From contig NC_043010.1 of NCBI RefSeq assembly GCF_006345805.1, positions 28,830,001 to 28,894,000 of the forward strand: a stretch of 64,000 nucleotides of DNA. The letters run 5' to 3'. A model generated the notes under the pieces. That model ran no database searches. It worked only from the letters and a program-made list of their open reading frames with translations, and had not been told where the DNA came from. Shown here in pieces: positions 11,991 through 24,680 of this stretch. This DNA is from Octopus sinensis. Taxonomy: Eukaryota. Numbering within the stretch: position 1 is the stretch's first letter; each line of letters opens with the position of its first letter. The translations under genes were made by a program, and so were the position numbers.

Positions 11991-12099
11991 TCTTACCATG
12001 CATTCTCCCACCCTCCATCTGTTGGGTTTTCAGGAATGGCATTTTTTTTATTGCCACAAACTGATTTTCAGTTAGGTATCCTATTACATTGTCAGCAAT

Positions 12100-12590
12100 C
12101 ATTGGCATGTATGTGTGTGTGTGTACATGTGTGCATGCATGTGTATATGTGTTTGTGTTTATGTGTATATGTGTGTATGTATTTGTGCATGGGTGGGCTG
12201 GAGTACCTAAATGAGTGTGCATATGTGTTTTAGTGCCCATCTGTATATGTTTGAATGTGTGTAAATATCTTTATGTAAGTATGTATGTATGTATGTGTGT
12301 ATGATTGTATGTATGTGTGTGTGTGTGTGTATGTATGTGTGTATGTATGTATGTATGTATGTATGTATGTATGTATGTATGTATGTATGTATGTATGTAT
12401 GTATGTATGTATGTGTGTATGTATGTGTGTGTGTATGCATGTTTTATAGTTGTGTGTTTCTGTATTTGTTTCTGTAGCATTGTCTGCATAATTCTGAATG
12501 TGTATTGTGTGTATGTATGTATGTGTGTGTTTATGCATATATTTTGTATGTGATTGTATGTAAATGTTAGTGTACATATATGTTTGTGCA
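12100..12590. repeat. Compound (TG)n/(TATG)n microsatellite
   Basis: Direct reading. Confidence 0.95.
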
Positions 12591-13083
12591 TTCTGTTGCT
12601 GTTGGTGTGTTTCTTGGTTTTCTTGCCTTAATTAGTGAGAAAAGGAGGAGGGGAGGAGGAAAAAGATACAGTAGGAGACAAGTGGGGGTGGGGTGGGCAT
12701 AGGAGAGGGGTTGGAGGAGAGTCACTCATGGCCTTGCTAAACCTTCCAAAAATACTGAGGTTGTTGTTGTTTAGCCCCAGCTCAGTTCAGACAGAGACAA
12801 AGATAGAGATAAGGACATAGAACAAAGGCCTTCCAACCATGATCCTCCCATCCATCAAACAAAGTATTCCTGATATTCCTGATTACATTATCTGGTGTGC
12901 CCATTATTTAAATGACAGTTTGGTGTGACGTGAAGGAGATTGGCTCTATTTCTAGCAAGTCAGGCAACCATGTAACAGCTTTCCTGAAATTCTGTTTCTT
13001 AATATTGACAAGGGGGAAAATTTCTAGAGTGTCACAGATTTTCATACAAAGAAGCATGGATTTACAACTGCATGGCTGTAGGG

Positions 13084-13183
13084 CAGTATTTCTCAACCAT
13101 TTTTTACCTATGGACCCCTTTGATTCCTATTTTACTTGGATGGCCCCTCCAAGCCATTTGATGTTGAAAAAAATCCTATTATA
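13084..13183 (+). mobile_element. hAT-Buster MITE left end, interrupted by Tigger
   Basis: TIR CAGTATTTCTCAACC preceded by 8-mer CTGTAGGG (central TA). Confidence 0.6.
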
Positions 13184-14240
13184 CAGTAGAACCTCACAGT
13201 ACGAGTGCACCATTGTATGGCTGTACGAGCTGAGGCTCAACTGAATTTTTCTCTTGAAGTATGAGCTAAAATCTGTAGGACAAGTGAGTCTCATACAAGT
13301 GACCCCTAGTCAGCACTGAGCTCGCACATGCTCTCCCTTTAAGTGCAGTCTCCAGTCGCTCACTTCACATGTTTATCTCATTGTGGCAGCATCCCTGTTG
13401 TGTTTTCCCCAGTGTTTTTGTTTAGTTTTGTGCATTTTTTTCTATTATTTTATAATAATTAGTTGTGTTAGCCATGGGTCCTAAAAATGTTAGTGCAAAG
13501 TACAGTGCTGAAAAGAAGAAAAAACTGATTATGATAGAATTGAAGAAGACAATCATTGATAAGCATGAAAAAGGAATGTGTGTAGTGGCATAGTGCATCA
13601 ATATGACTGAAGCATGTTGATGATCTGCCCCAGCCTGAAGAAAAAAGATGAAATCAAGGTTGATACAACAGCAAAGTTTATCTCCAGACTCTCTAAGTGA
13701 CATGAATCTGTTCACAACTCACAAAGGATACTATTACAGAGACCATCATCTGCAAAAAAGCATGAGCGCTGTATGGGGATCTCTTGAAGCAGAACCCTGG
13801 AACATCGATGGAGGAGACATCAGCAGACACATTCAAGGCCAGTTGCTGCTGGTTTGATAATTTCAAGAAGTCTGGTGTTCATAATGCCATCAGGTATGGA
13901 GAAGCAGCTGAAGATTATGTGTGTGAATTCTGTCAGATCATCGCAGCCGAGGAGTACATTACACAACAGGTATTCAACTGTGATGAAACTGGCCTTTTTT
14001 GGAAAAAATGCCCAGAAGAACCTACATAACTGCAGAGGAGAAGAAAATGCCTGGCCACAACCCTATGAAAGATAGGCTAACTCTTGCTCTTTGTGCCAAT
14101 GTGAGTGGAAACTTGAAGATTAAGCCACTTCTTGTCTACCATTCTGAAAACTCATGAGCATTCAAATTGCACAAAATCCTGAAGGAGAAGCTGCATGTTA
14201 TGTGAAGAACAAATGTTAAAGTCTAGGTCACCAGGAGGGT
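13184..14240 (+). mobile_element. Tigger/pogo transposon, degenerate, 3'-truncated
   Basis: TA|CAGTAGAACCTC start; frameshifted peptides MGPKNVSAK, FKASCCWFDNFKK (CENP-B HTH), QVFNCDETGLFWKK and DRLTLALCANVSG (DDE_1). Confidence 0.9.
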
Positions 14241-14874
14241 CACATAGTGCTGTCAGAGTAAGATAAGTTGTTCAGTAACAGCAGTTCTTTTAGAAAGAGG
14301 AATTTCTTTGACTGGATAACTGGACAGGAAGCTGGTGGCACCTCAATGTTGTCACACCCTACACCTTATACATCATCCCCCCCACCAATCTTCTGATCTA
14401 ATGCTCCTGAGCCATTTCTATCTCCTATCTCACTCCCATCTCCATACAGGTATTTTCCATCAGCTGTAGCTCCACCACCATATCTAACCATATGTTATTC
14501 TCCCCTCACACATTTATGAAAGAACTCCTTTCTCTTCTCCTCTCCTCTGACCCACTATCTGTATCCTTTCTTATACTCATCTTCCTGTACCCCAACTGCT
14601 CTCACCCACCACTGTACAAGTGTGGTAGCCACGTATTCTCTGTGTAACAAGACACCTATTATGGCTGTCCCTCTATCATGCTCTGCCTTGGTATAAAACG
14701 TCACTTACCTCAAATACTCCCCATCACCTTGTAGTAGGAGCTTTTTCCCTATTGTTTATCTCTATATTGTAAGTTATTTGCTAACCTCACTAGTGCTGGT
14801 GGCTTGAAAAAGGCACCCAATATACACTATAAAGTGATTGGCATTAGGAAGGGCATCCAGCCATAGAAACATAC

Positions 14875-15120
14875 TGGGTATTGTCAAGCTGGAGGAGCTT
14901 GTGTCTCCAATTGGCCAATGATGGGTAGCAAGCTTTCAGAGCATCATATACTGACTGGAGTTGTTGAGCATAAAGGCTTGCATTGACAGCATGACCATCT
15001 GGAACAAGCTAAAAGTACAACACACCTTTGAAATTCCACCAGACACACAACATGACCTTCTGTTCAAACTGTCCTTGTTTGGCAACAGGTTCTGAAGCCT
15101 GGCTGGAACATAGCCACTGA
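14875..15120 (-). mobile_element. Mariner transposase fragment
   Basis: Minus translation QKVMLCVWWNFKGVLYF*LVPDGHAVNASLYAQQL...LLQLDN. Confidence 0.8.
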
Positions 15121-16239
15121 TATTTTTTATTAGAATTATGAAAATAGATCCAATTACAATTTGATACTAAAATGGGCAGCTTGAGTATTTGCCAGCAGTT
15201 GTTTGCAAATGTTCACCTGTCATTGAGCCTGGTTATGGAACATGGACATTAAATAATGATGATGATGAGGATATGTATGTGTGTATATCTGAATATGTAT
15301 ATATTAAAGGAGGATATAAATATTGGCAAGAAACTAAAAAAAAAAAATAGAAGTGTTTAAAGGAAGTCTTTTATGATATTTGTTCTGAACCAAGTTATAC
15401 ACATTCTTGTCTCTTTCACTTTCAGAAATACAGTGAATTAGTGAATGGTTCTACTAAAATTTTCAACCAATGATGCTATTATTCACCAATTCCGATGTAA
15501 AATATATGAAGAACTGAATATTAAAGCTGAAATATGCTACATTCTTGAAGAGAAAGCCTTGTATTGAGGACATAGATTTGACAGTGTTAAGTATGTGAGG
15601 TCACCACAAGAGATATTAAGAGACTATGATGTCTGTAGTTCATGATGAGCATATGGGAGGTGCATGTATGTTGTGGTTGTATCATTACACTGCTGAAAAA
15701 GATTAGGGTTTCCTTTTCATCAGTTAGTCAAGAGAGAGGGGTAGTGCCTATTACCTTTTACAAGGTCTCCAAGATTAGTTGGTGGGCAGGAGGAGAGGCA
15801 TTCTCAAACTGAAGACTTACCTCCAATGATTGTAATGAAACAGATTCCACTAAAGGCACTGACATGCCAAGTAGTGATGTTAGACTGGGTGACTAAGTCC
15901 ATTGTAAAAGTAGGCCATGGTGGGGTTTGAACTCTGATCTCAACAAATTGGAACAAATGATCCTAGACATCTCATTTGATGCTCTGATATTTCCATCAGT
16001 CCATCACTCTAGATCGGTACTTCAGCTATCAATCCTGGAAAGACAAAAAGCAAAGCTGACCTTGATAGCTATTGAACTCAGAATGCAAGGAGCCAGAATA
16101 AAAGGAATTTTGCTCACCCTTCTAACTCTTCTCTAAATGTCTCCAGTGAAAGATGATCTTAAAGTCAGTGTGATGGAAGAGTCCTCCATATCTGTTGTTG
16201 GGTGTTTGGGCTCTGCCCACAAGGGGCTACACACAGAGG

Positions 16240-16433
16240 AGACAAACAAGGGCAGACAAATGGATTAAGTTGATAATATCGACCCCAGTGAGTAACTGGT
16301 GCTTATTTAATCGATCCCGAAAGGATGAAAGCCAAAGTCGACCTCGGCGGAAATTGAACTCAGAACGTAGCGGCAAATGAAATGCTGTTAAGCATTTCAC
16401 CTGGTGTGCTAACGTTTCTGCCAGTTCACCGCC
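16240..16433 (-). mobile_element. SINE
   Basis: Reverse copy of the TTTCATCC..TCGGGATCGAT.AAATAAG.ACCAG core with tRNA-like head. Confidence 0.8.
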
Positions 16434-16529
16434 ATCTGACCACAGACTTTTCTAGCTAATTAAGACCTTCATAATGACAATCTTCATTTAGGTACAGATA
16501 TTGGTGATGCTTTTTGAGAACATACTGCA

Positions 16530-16875
16530 TTTGATGTTTGATGTAATATTGATTTTGTTACAATATTTGTATTGCTGCAATATTGATTTTGATGTGATAT
16601 TGATAAGTTTGATGTGAATCTGATTTTGGTGTAATATTGATTTTGGTGCAATATCTTGATTTGATTAATATTGATTTTAGTGTGATATTGCTGCTACATT
16701 GATATTGGTGCAATATTGATTTTGATACTAATTTGATATTGAGATTATTATTATTGATTTTTGAAGTGGTATTAGTATTGGTTTGTTACTGATATTGGTT
16801 TAATAAATGTTACAATGATATTAATAGCAATATTCATATAGTAATATCAATATTGGTGTGATATTAGTATCAGAG
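16530..16875. repeat. Degenerate AT-rich minisatellite, about 18-bp unit AATATTGATTTTGGTGT
   Basis: Repeated ATATTGATTTT motifs read directly. Confidence 0.75.
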
Positions 16876-17554
16876 CAAAAATATGTGTGTGTGTATGTGT
16901 GTGAGTGTCTATATTCATGTATGTGTGTATGCATGCATGCATATATGTATGAATTTTCTTTGAGTTTTATTTAATTCTTCTTGAGAGAGTTCAAGCCAGT
17001 CACTAACAAAGTGACAAGATGTTTTGAGTTAAGAGAGTTCCCAGTGTTTGTAAATATGTGATTGAGGTGGTGTGTTGGTTAAACTGTCAATGCATGCACC
17101 CAAGTGTGTGCATCTATTCACTTAAGAACCTCAGATGAATGTCTTATAAATCTTCACTGTGCCACTAATAGATTGGATTTGGAGAATCCGCATGTTTCTT
17201 ATGTTCTTTTTTTTGTGAAACTGAGCATTTCTAGTTTTTTTTTTGTGCAAATTTGTTTGTACATAACTTAATGCACCTATGATGATAGGTACAAATGTGT
17301 GTGTGTGTGTGTGTGCATGTGTGTATGTGTGTATGTATGTATGTATGTATGTGTGTATGCATGTATGTATGTCTGTATGTATGTATGTATGTATGTGTGT
17401 GTGTATGTATGTATGTACGTATGTATGTGTGCACCTGAAGTATATTTTATATTTTATATATTTATACTGTGAAATTTGATTTACTAGTAAATTGAATTTT
17501 TCCCTGTAAGTTTGGAGTTATACTCCCTAATATTATTATTATTATTATATATAT

Positions 17555-18616
17555 ATAAGAGATGCAGCAACATTAAAGGGAAATTAACAGATAAGATAGC
17601 TTTCATGTGCGGCAGATGCACAGGGACAATAGACACAACAGACACTCAGAAAACAGATTCCATCACACTCCAGGGAGAGAAACTAGAAGTAGTTGATAGT
17701 TTCCGCTACCTGGGTGACCAAGTTAGTAGCGGAGGTGGATGCACAGAGAGTATCACCACTAGAATACGAATAGCCTGGGCAAAGTTCAGAAAGCTCCTAC
17801 CCCTACTGGCAACAAAAGGTCTCTCCCTCAGAGCGAAAGGTAGATTGTATGATGCATGTGTGCGAACTGCCATGCTTCACGGTAATGAAACATGGGCAGT
17901 GACTGCAGAGGACATGCGTAGACTTGAAAGAAATGAAGCTAGCATGATCCGCTGGATGTGTAGTGTCAGTGTGCACGCAAGACAGAGTGTAAGCATCCTA
18001 AGAGAAATGCTGGATATAAGAAGCATCAGATGTGGTGTGCAAGAGCGACGCTTGCGATGGTATGGTCATGTGCTGCAGATAGATGAAGAGAGATGTGTGA
18101 AGAAGTGCCACTCCCAAACAGTTGAAGGTATCAGGGGGAGAGGTAGACCCAGGAAGACATGGGATGAGGTAGTCAAGCATGACCTCAGAGCATTGGGCCT
18201 CACTGAGGCAATGGTGAAAGACCGAGATCTCTGGAGATATGCTGTGACTGCAAAGACCCGGGCTGCTTTCTGCAGCAATTCCACATACCCCCTACCCATT
18301 CAAAGTACCCCGGATCCCCAAAGTACCCCAGATCCCCAAAGTACCCCGGACCCAGTTGCCCCCGTGCCGCTGGCACGTTAAAAGCTCGAACCGATCGCGA
18401 CCAATGCCGGACCCCCCGGCCCTGTGCAGGTGGCACGTAAAAAGCACCCAATCCACTCACGGAGTGGTTGGCGTTAGGAAGGGCATCCAGCCGTAGAAAC
18501 TCTGCCAAATCAGACTGGAGCCTGGAGCGGCCCCTGGCTTCCCAGACCCCGGTCAAACCGTCCAACCCGTGCTAGCGCGGAAAACGGACGTTAAACGATG
18601 ATGATGATGATGATGA

Positions 18617-18620
<4 letters not shown>
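17555..18620 (+). mobile_element. RTE-clade LINE, 5'-truncated, ORF still open
   Basis: LEVVDSFRYLG, RLYDACVRTAMLHGNETW, RRLRWYGHV, RGRGRPRKTW motifs; 3' UTR ends in (GAT)n; 3x18-bp repeat at 18301-18353. Confidence 0.92.
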
Positions 18621-18649
<29 letters not shown>

Positions 18650-18652
<3 letters not shown>

Positions 18653-18830
18653 TCATCATCATCATCATCATCATGCTTTAATGTCAGTTTTCCATGATGA
18701 CATGGGTTGGATGGTTTGACAAGAGCTGCACCAGATTCCAGTCAGATTTGGTTTGATTTCTACAGCTGGATGCCCTTCCTAATGCCAACCACTTTACAGT
18801 GTGTGCTGGGTGCTTTTAATGTGGCACTGG
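18650..18830 (-). mobile_element. RTE-tail SINE/LINE 3' fragment
   Basis: (CAT)n followed by TTTAATGTC.GTTTTCCATG...GGATGCCCTTCCTAATGCCAACC. Confidence 0.8.
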
Positions 18831-18891
18831 CACGAGCATTCTTACATGACACCAGCACTTATATAGGTACACATACACAACCATACATATA

Positions 18892-19982
18892 TGAGATAGT
18901 ATCAAAAAGTTCCCAGACTAGTTCTGTAGTATGTTAACAGATAGCAGCACATGGTTGCATGCGTAGTGAGAGTTAGCAGTGACCTTCATGAGGCAGTGTG
19001 TTGAGTGACATTGCTGTGTTTACTTTGCAAGTTGTGAAATTTTTTTTTTTTTTTGAGATTGTGCATAAATAGTAGTCTGTGATTTTTATCGAAGATAAAA
19101 AAAAACACCCACTACACTCACGGAGTGGTTGGCATTAGGAAGAGCATCCAGCTGTAGAAACACTGCCAAATCAGACTGGAGTCTGGTGCAGCCTCCATGG
19201 CTTACCGGACCCCGGTCGAACCGTCCAACCCATGCTAGCATGGAAAACGGACGTTAAATGATGATGATGATGATGATGAAGTTGGAATAAAGAGCCAGTG
19301 TGAAATTTTGCATTAAACTTGGGAACTCTGCTACAGAGGCATGGAGCCAGCTTCAGCAAGCTTATAATGATAAGGCAATGAGCTGCACGTAATGTTTAGA
19401 GTGGCATGGGTGCTTCAAAATGGAAGAACATCCCTGGAAGACAATGAGTGATCTGGAAAACATACCACAAGTGTCATTCCCAGAAAGGCAGAGAAAATTA
19501 TTCAGCTTGTGCATGAAGGTCATCAGAGGACAATCAATGATGTTTTAAAGCATTTGAGAGAGGACATTCAGCAAAAGCAACTGGAGCACAGAGAATTGGA
19601 TTCTTCATGACAACAATGCATCCAGTCACTGAGCTCTTCTCACTTGTGAGTTTCTCACCAAAAACAACATGGCATCGCTTCTGTATCTGTCCTATTCACC
19701 AGATTTAGCACCTGCAAACTTCCACTTCTCCCCCAAGATGAAAATGCAGCTCAAAAGTTACTGTTTTAACACTGTTGTTGAGATAAAGAGCAAATTGCAG
19801 AAGGCCCTTGACTTGCTTACAGAAAATGACTCCCAGGTCAAATTCCATAAGTGACAGGAATGCTGGGACCAATGAATTGCTGTACATGGTGACTATTATG
19901 AAACAGATAATGTTAAATCTTGGGTAAATAAGTTATTTTTATTAAAAAGTAACAAGTCTGGGTACTTTTTGATACCACCTCA
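18892..19982 (+). mobile_element. Mariner element, internally deleted, with both TIRs and a nested SINE (19100-19278)
   Basis: TA-flanked TIRs TGAGATAGTATCAAAAAGTTCCCAGACT / AGTCTGGGTACTTTTTGATACCACCTCA; WILHDN and YSPDLAP motifs. Confidence 0.88.
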
Positions 19983-20029
19983 TATGTATATGTATGTATG
20001 TATATATATATGTATGTGTATAAAAAACC

Positions 20030-20486
20030 ACCCTTTGTCAATTCAACTATGAAAAAATCAAATTATACCATATAGAAAAAGATTACACCATATAGATAAC
20101 AATTAAATATAAGATAAAACATATATCAATGATTAAATAATATACAAAATAATAAATAAAACGTATATAATTGGTAAAATGACTACACGTGTTTCGTGGC
20201 TATACTTAAGAACTGATAACTGTAAAATCAATTCAATTTAAATACAGCCACTCTTCAGGTCAAAGATAAAAACAATAAAATAATTAAATAAATAAATATA
20301 CATATATAATCTTGTAAAATACGAAATATCTTAACAAATATATTCTGGTGTAAATAAAACTAGAATAAATAGGTATAAATATTTATTATATTTACGAAAA
20401 TAAAATTTTAACTTATATAAGAAAAGAATAACAAACTATAATATCATTACTAGAAAAATTAAAATACAATTAATTAAATTATTTAA
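20030..20486 (-). mobile_element. Probable Penelope-like element terminal remnant (very AT-rich)
   Basis: Contains CTGAAGA...CGAAACACGT hammerhead signature typical of PLE pseudo-LTRs; no RT ORF seen. Confidence 0.5.
20180..20262 (-). ncRNA. Minimal type-I hammerhead ribozyme
   Basis: Minus: TGAC (helix I) CTGAAGA (core) GTGGCTGTA..loop..TATAGCCAC (helix II) GAA AC-ACGT-GT (short helix III, palindromic) A GTCA (helix I); predicted cleavage after GUA, between 20184 and 20183. Confidence 0.8.
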
Positions 20487-20897
20487 AATTGGATTCTTCA
20501 TGACAACAAAGCGCCCAGTCACTGAGCTCTCCTCACTTGTAAGTTTCTCAACAAAAATAACATTGCATCGCTTCTGCACCTGTCTTATTCACCAGATTCT
20601 ACCATCTCATCTATACTCTGATACCCGTTCCTTGCAAGTATACCCTGGCACTTGCCACCATCTCTCCCCTACCCTTGCCTCTCCTATTCTCTCTTTTCTT
20701 TCCTCTCCCCTCTAGCTGAGTAATCATGAATCTCATCTACAGCAACAAACGTGTAAGAGATGTAGTGAAATCACAAGTAGATTAACAGATAAGTTCACCT
20801 TCGTGTGTGACAGATATGCAGGAACAATAAACACTAAGAGCACATGGGACTTAGGACCCTCTCAAATATCCAGGAGGCTCCCTCAAGGTAGTGGATA
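20487..20897 (+). repeat. Three-piece mosaic of segments homologous to 19594-19705, 22667-22823 and 21596-21738
   Basis: Manual alignment, about 90-95% identity to each neighbour. Confidence 0.8.
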
Positions 20898-20950
20898 TAT
20901 ATGTGTATATACATATGTATGTATATGAGTATATATATGCATATATATAC

Positions 20951-21019
<69 letters not shown>

Positions 21020-21087
21020 CATATACACATACATACATATATATATATAAATATATATATTATATATATATATATATGTATATATAT

Positions 21088-21142
<55 letters not shown>

Positions 21143-21157
21143 GTATGTATGTATATA
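20898..21157. repeat. (TA)n-rich compound microsatellite
   Basis: Direct reading. Confidence 0.95.
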
Positions 21158-21350
21158 CAGAGTGTCCCAAAAGTCACTGATGGGTTTCAATTTTTAATAA
21201 CTTCCTTAACTTTACAAATAAATGCATGAAATTTTGATACAATATAAAGAACATAATGGAAATTATTATGCACATGTCAAATTTTGTAACACTACTACAT
21301 CACATATGAAAAATGACATCACTTTAAATGGCAGCCACCTTATGTGTACT
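21158..21350 (+). mobile_element. Tc1/mariner-superfamily left-end remnant
   Basis: TA|CAGAGTGTCCCAAAA terminus. Confidence 0.55.
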
Positions 21351-21419
21351 CTGATATCATCCAGATCTGGCTAACTGCATTGAATGAAAGGGAACCTTTA
21401 GAATCATTTAAGACAAACA

Positions 21420-23430
21420 ATTAAATTGTACTTCACTCAGTTGGTAAATCCCAAGTTTGATCTAGCAAAGATCAAAGTTGTTAGCAAGAAAGCAGACAAG
21501 ACTCTAATTCCATCAGGTAAATGGCCCTGCTCAATCTGTATTAAATGAGTGGGAAATAATTCCATTTGCTGCACCAAATGTAAGTTATGGACATATAAGA
21601 GATGTAGTGAAATCACAAGTAGATTAACAGATAAGATCACCTTCATGTGTGGCAGATATGTAGAAACAATAAACACTAAGAGCACATGGGACTTAGACCC
21701 TCTCAAATATCCAGGAGGCTCTCTCAAGGTAGTGGATAGATTCTGTTACTTAGGTTACCAAATTAGCAAGGTGGGGGTGGATGCTCTGAAAGTATTGTTT
21801 CTAGAATATGAATAGGATGGAGAAAATTCAGAGAGCTCCTACCTTTGTTGGCAACAAAAGGATTCTCTTTCTCAGAGTGAAAGGTAGATTGTACAATGGT
21901 TGTGTATGAACAACTATGCGCCATGCTAGTGAAACTTGGGCACTGAATGCAGAGGACATGTGTAGACTAGAGAGAAATGAAGGTAGTATTCCCTGCGGGA
22001 TGTGCAGCCTCAATGCACATGAACAACGAAGCACAAATGTGTTGAGAGACATGTTGAGCATAAGAGGAATCAAATGCAGCTTGCAAGAGAGACTATATTT
22101 TGGTTTGGTCATGTGATGCATAAGAATGAAGACAGCTGTATAAAGAAGTGCTAGTCACTGAAAGTGGATGGCACCTGTGGAAGAAGGAGACTCAGGAAGA
22201 CATGGATGAAGTGGTGAGGACTGATTTCAGGATGTTGGGACTCACAGAGGAAACGATATTGGGCTGAGATGTCTGGTGATATGAAGTTCTAGAGAAGACC
22301 CCCACCATGTCAGCGAACTTGAGATCCAGAAGCATTGTGTTCCACAATAAAACTTTCACACACCCTACCCCCAACAAACCAAACTACATCCTCCATTTCC
22401 CTTCCCAGAGTGTTTCTCTTCTCTTCATACACTATGATTATCTCCCATTCCAACCCAGTCCTTGCTACCCTGCTCACTGTTTTGTTGCTTCCCACTGTCC
22501 CCTTCCCCCTCTGCAAACCCAGATTCTCACCAGTCACAGCATTCCCTACCCCTACTCCCCAACCCAGTCCTCACTGCTCCCCCCTGTACCCCCTCTATAT
22601 AGCTAGATTCTCTCCAGTCATTGCATTCCCCCCTCCCTGCTACAATTCATCTCCCTCTTCCTTACTCTACCATTCCATCTATGCTCTGATACCCTGGTCC
22701 TTGCAAGTATACCCTGGCACTTGCTGCCATCCCTCCCCTGCTCTTGCTTCTCCTATTCTCTCTTTTCTTTCCTCTCCCCTCAAGCTGAGTAATCACCAAT
22801 CTCATCTACAGCAACAAACGTGTTTCTGCCCTCATTCTTAACTACTCTCTCTCCTTCCTTCCCTCGCCATTACTTCTGGCTAGGGAACCATGTATCTCCT
22901 TTACAATAGCTCACCTCTTGTTAACTCCCACTCTCTCTCTCTCTCTCTCTAGGTAACTGTTTCTTCCCTCATTCTTGTTAACTCTCGCTCTCTTTGGCCG
23001 GGTAACCATGGACCTCTTCTACCACGAGACACCTGTTTCTGCCTCTCTATCACACTCTAATCTTTCATCATTTGACAGAAGCTCACCTCCTCCAATGCCC
23101 TCTCTCCTCTCAATGATGCTTTGTCTTGCAAACTTACTTGGTGATGCCGCCAATACAGGTGTCACTTAAAAAGTATCAAGTCCACACTGTAAAGTGGTTG
23201 GCATATGGAAGGGCATCCAGCTGTAAAAACCATACCAAGACTGGCCTTGTCTGTGTGAGTGCCACATAAAAAGCACTCAACCCACACTACAGAGTGAATG
23301 TTGTTAGGAAGGGTATATAGCTGTAAAAACCATGCCAAAACACACTCAGAAGTGTACTACAGGCATCTGCCTGGCCAGCTCCTGTCAGACCATCCAACCT
23401 ATGCCATCATGGAAGAAGGATGTTAAATGA
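21420..23430 (+). mobile_element. RTE-clade LINE, degenerate, with long pyrimidine-rich 3' region
   Basis: NSICCTKCKLW..KRCS, LKVVDRFCYLG, HASETWAL motifs with stops; ends in (GAT)n tail. Confidence 0.85.
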
Positions 23431-23999
23431 TGATGGTGATGATGATAATATATATATATATACATATACACTTATTTATCTCATCATCATCATCATCTTT
23501 GTTGTTTAACATCCACTTTCCAGAAGGCTGCACCAGGCTCCAATCCGATCTGGCAAAGTTTTTACATCTGGATGCCCTTCCTAATGCCAACCACTCCCAG
23601 AGTATAGTGGGTGCTTTTACATGCCACCAGCATGGGAGCCAGTTAGGTGTTACACAGTGGAATTGAACCCAAAACCACCTGTTTGGGAAGCAAACTTCTT
23701 AATGAGTCAGCCATGCCTACTCCACTATATATATATCTACATTAAAGATATATTCACACTGATTTTATATGTATGTAAAATATACAAGACAACAATATAC
23801 ATTTCACCTAAGTTTATTACTGTTGAAATCACATTTCTGTTGTTCAATATATCAAAATAATTTGACATATTCAGACTCACATACATATATGCAGACACAC
23901 ACTAATGATGTCATACTCACAGTCAGCATTCATGTATACTTACAATGAGCATGTACACACTCATATTCATAAATCTGTAAGAAATCAATTCATCAATCA

Positions 24000-24680
24000 T
24001 TCTCAGAGGTTTTGTTCCTTGTAAATTCACTGAAACTGATTTGAGATTAAGTGAAACATAATCCTAATGAATAAATAAAATTATTTTAATGAAATTTTTG
24101 TAGGAATTTGTTTGCATTCAGTAAAACATGTGTCTTTAATTGAAATCCATCTAGTAGGGTAATTTTTCCATTTGAAGGAAAAAAGAAATAATTTGAAATT
24201 TATTTAAATTGATTCTGTTTTTGATAAGAGTCCATACAAGTTTCATCAAAATCCAATCTACTTTTACTGGAATTCATTAAGAAAATTCATTGAAGTTAGA
24301 GAGAAATTCACGAATTCTTTATTGAAATATATTTGCAAAATTCATTCAGAATTTTATTATAGGAATACATTTGTAAAATTTATCAATTTTCCAATGCAAA
24401 TTCTTCCATTTTGGCGCAGAATTTCATTCACAAAAATCACTGAATTTTTGAAGAAACTCATTCATAAGCCTTTGTAAAATATATTCAAGTTCTAGTAAAA
24501 TTCTTTACATTTTTAGTGAAATTCATTGAAATTTTCATGATATACTTTAATGAATTTCTTCCAAGTTTCATTGGAATTTATTGACATTTCATTGAATTTT
24601 CTTCAAATATTACACAAGTTTATTCAAATTCTTTACAGATTTTGTAACAATTGTTAATAATTTTAATTTTTTTAGTCAGC
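24000..24680. repeat. Degenerate AT-rich tandem array (GAAATTCATT-like unit)
   Basis: Recurring AAATTCA(T/C)TGAA motifs. Confidence 0.65.
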
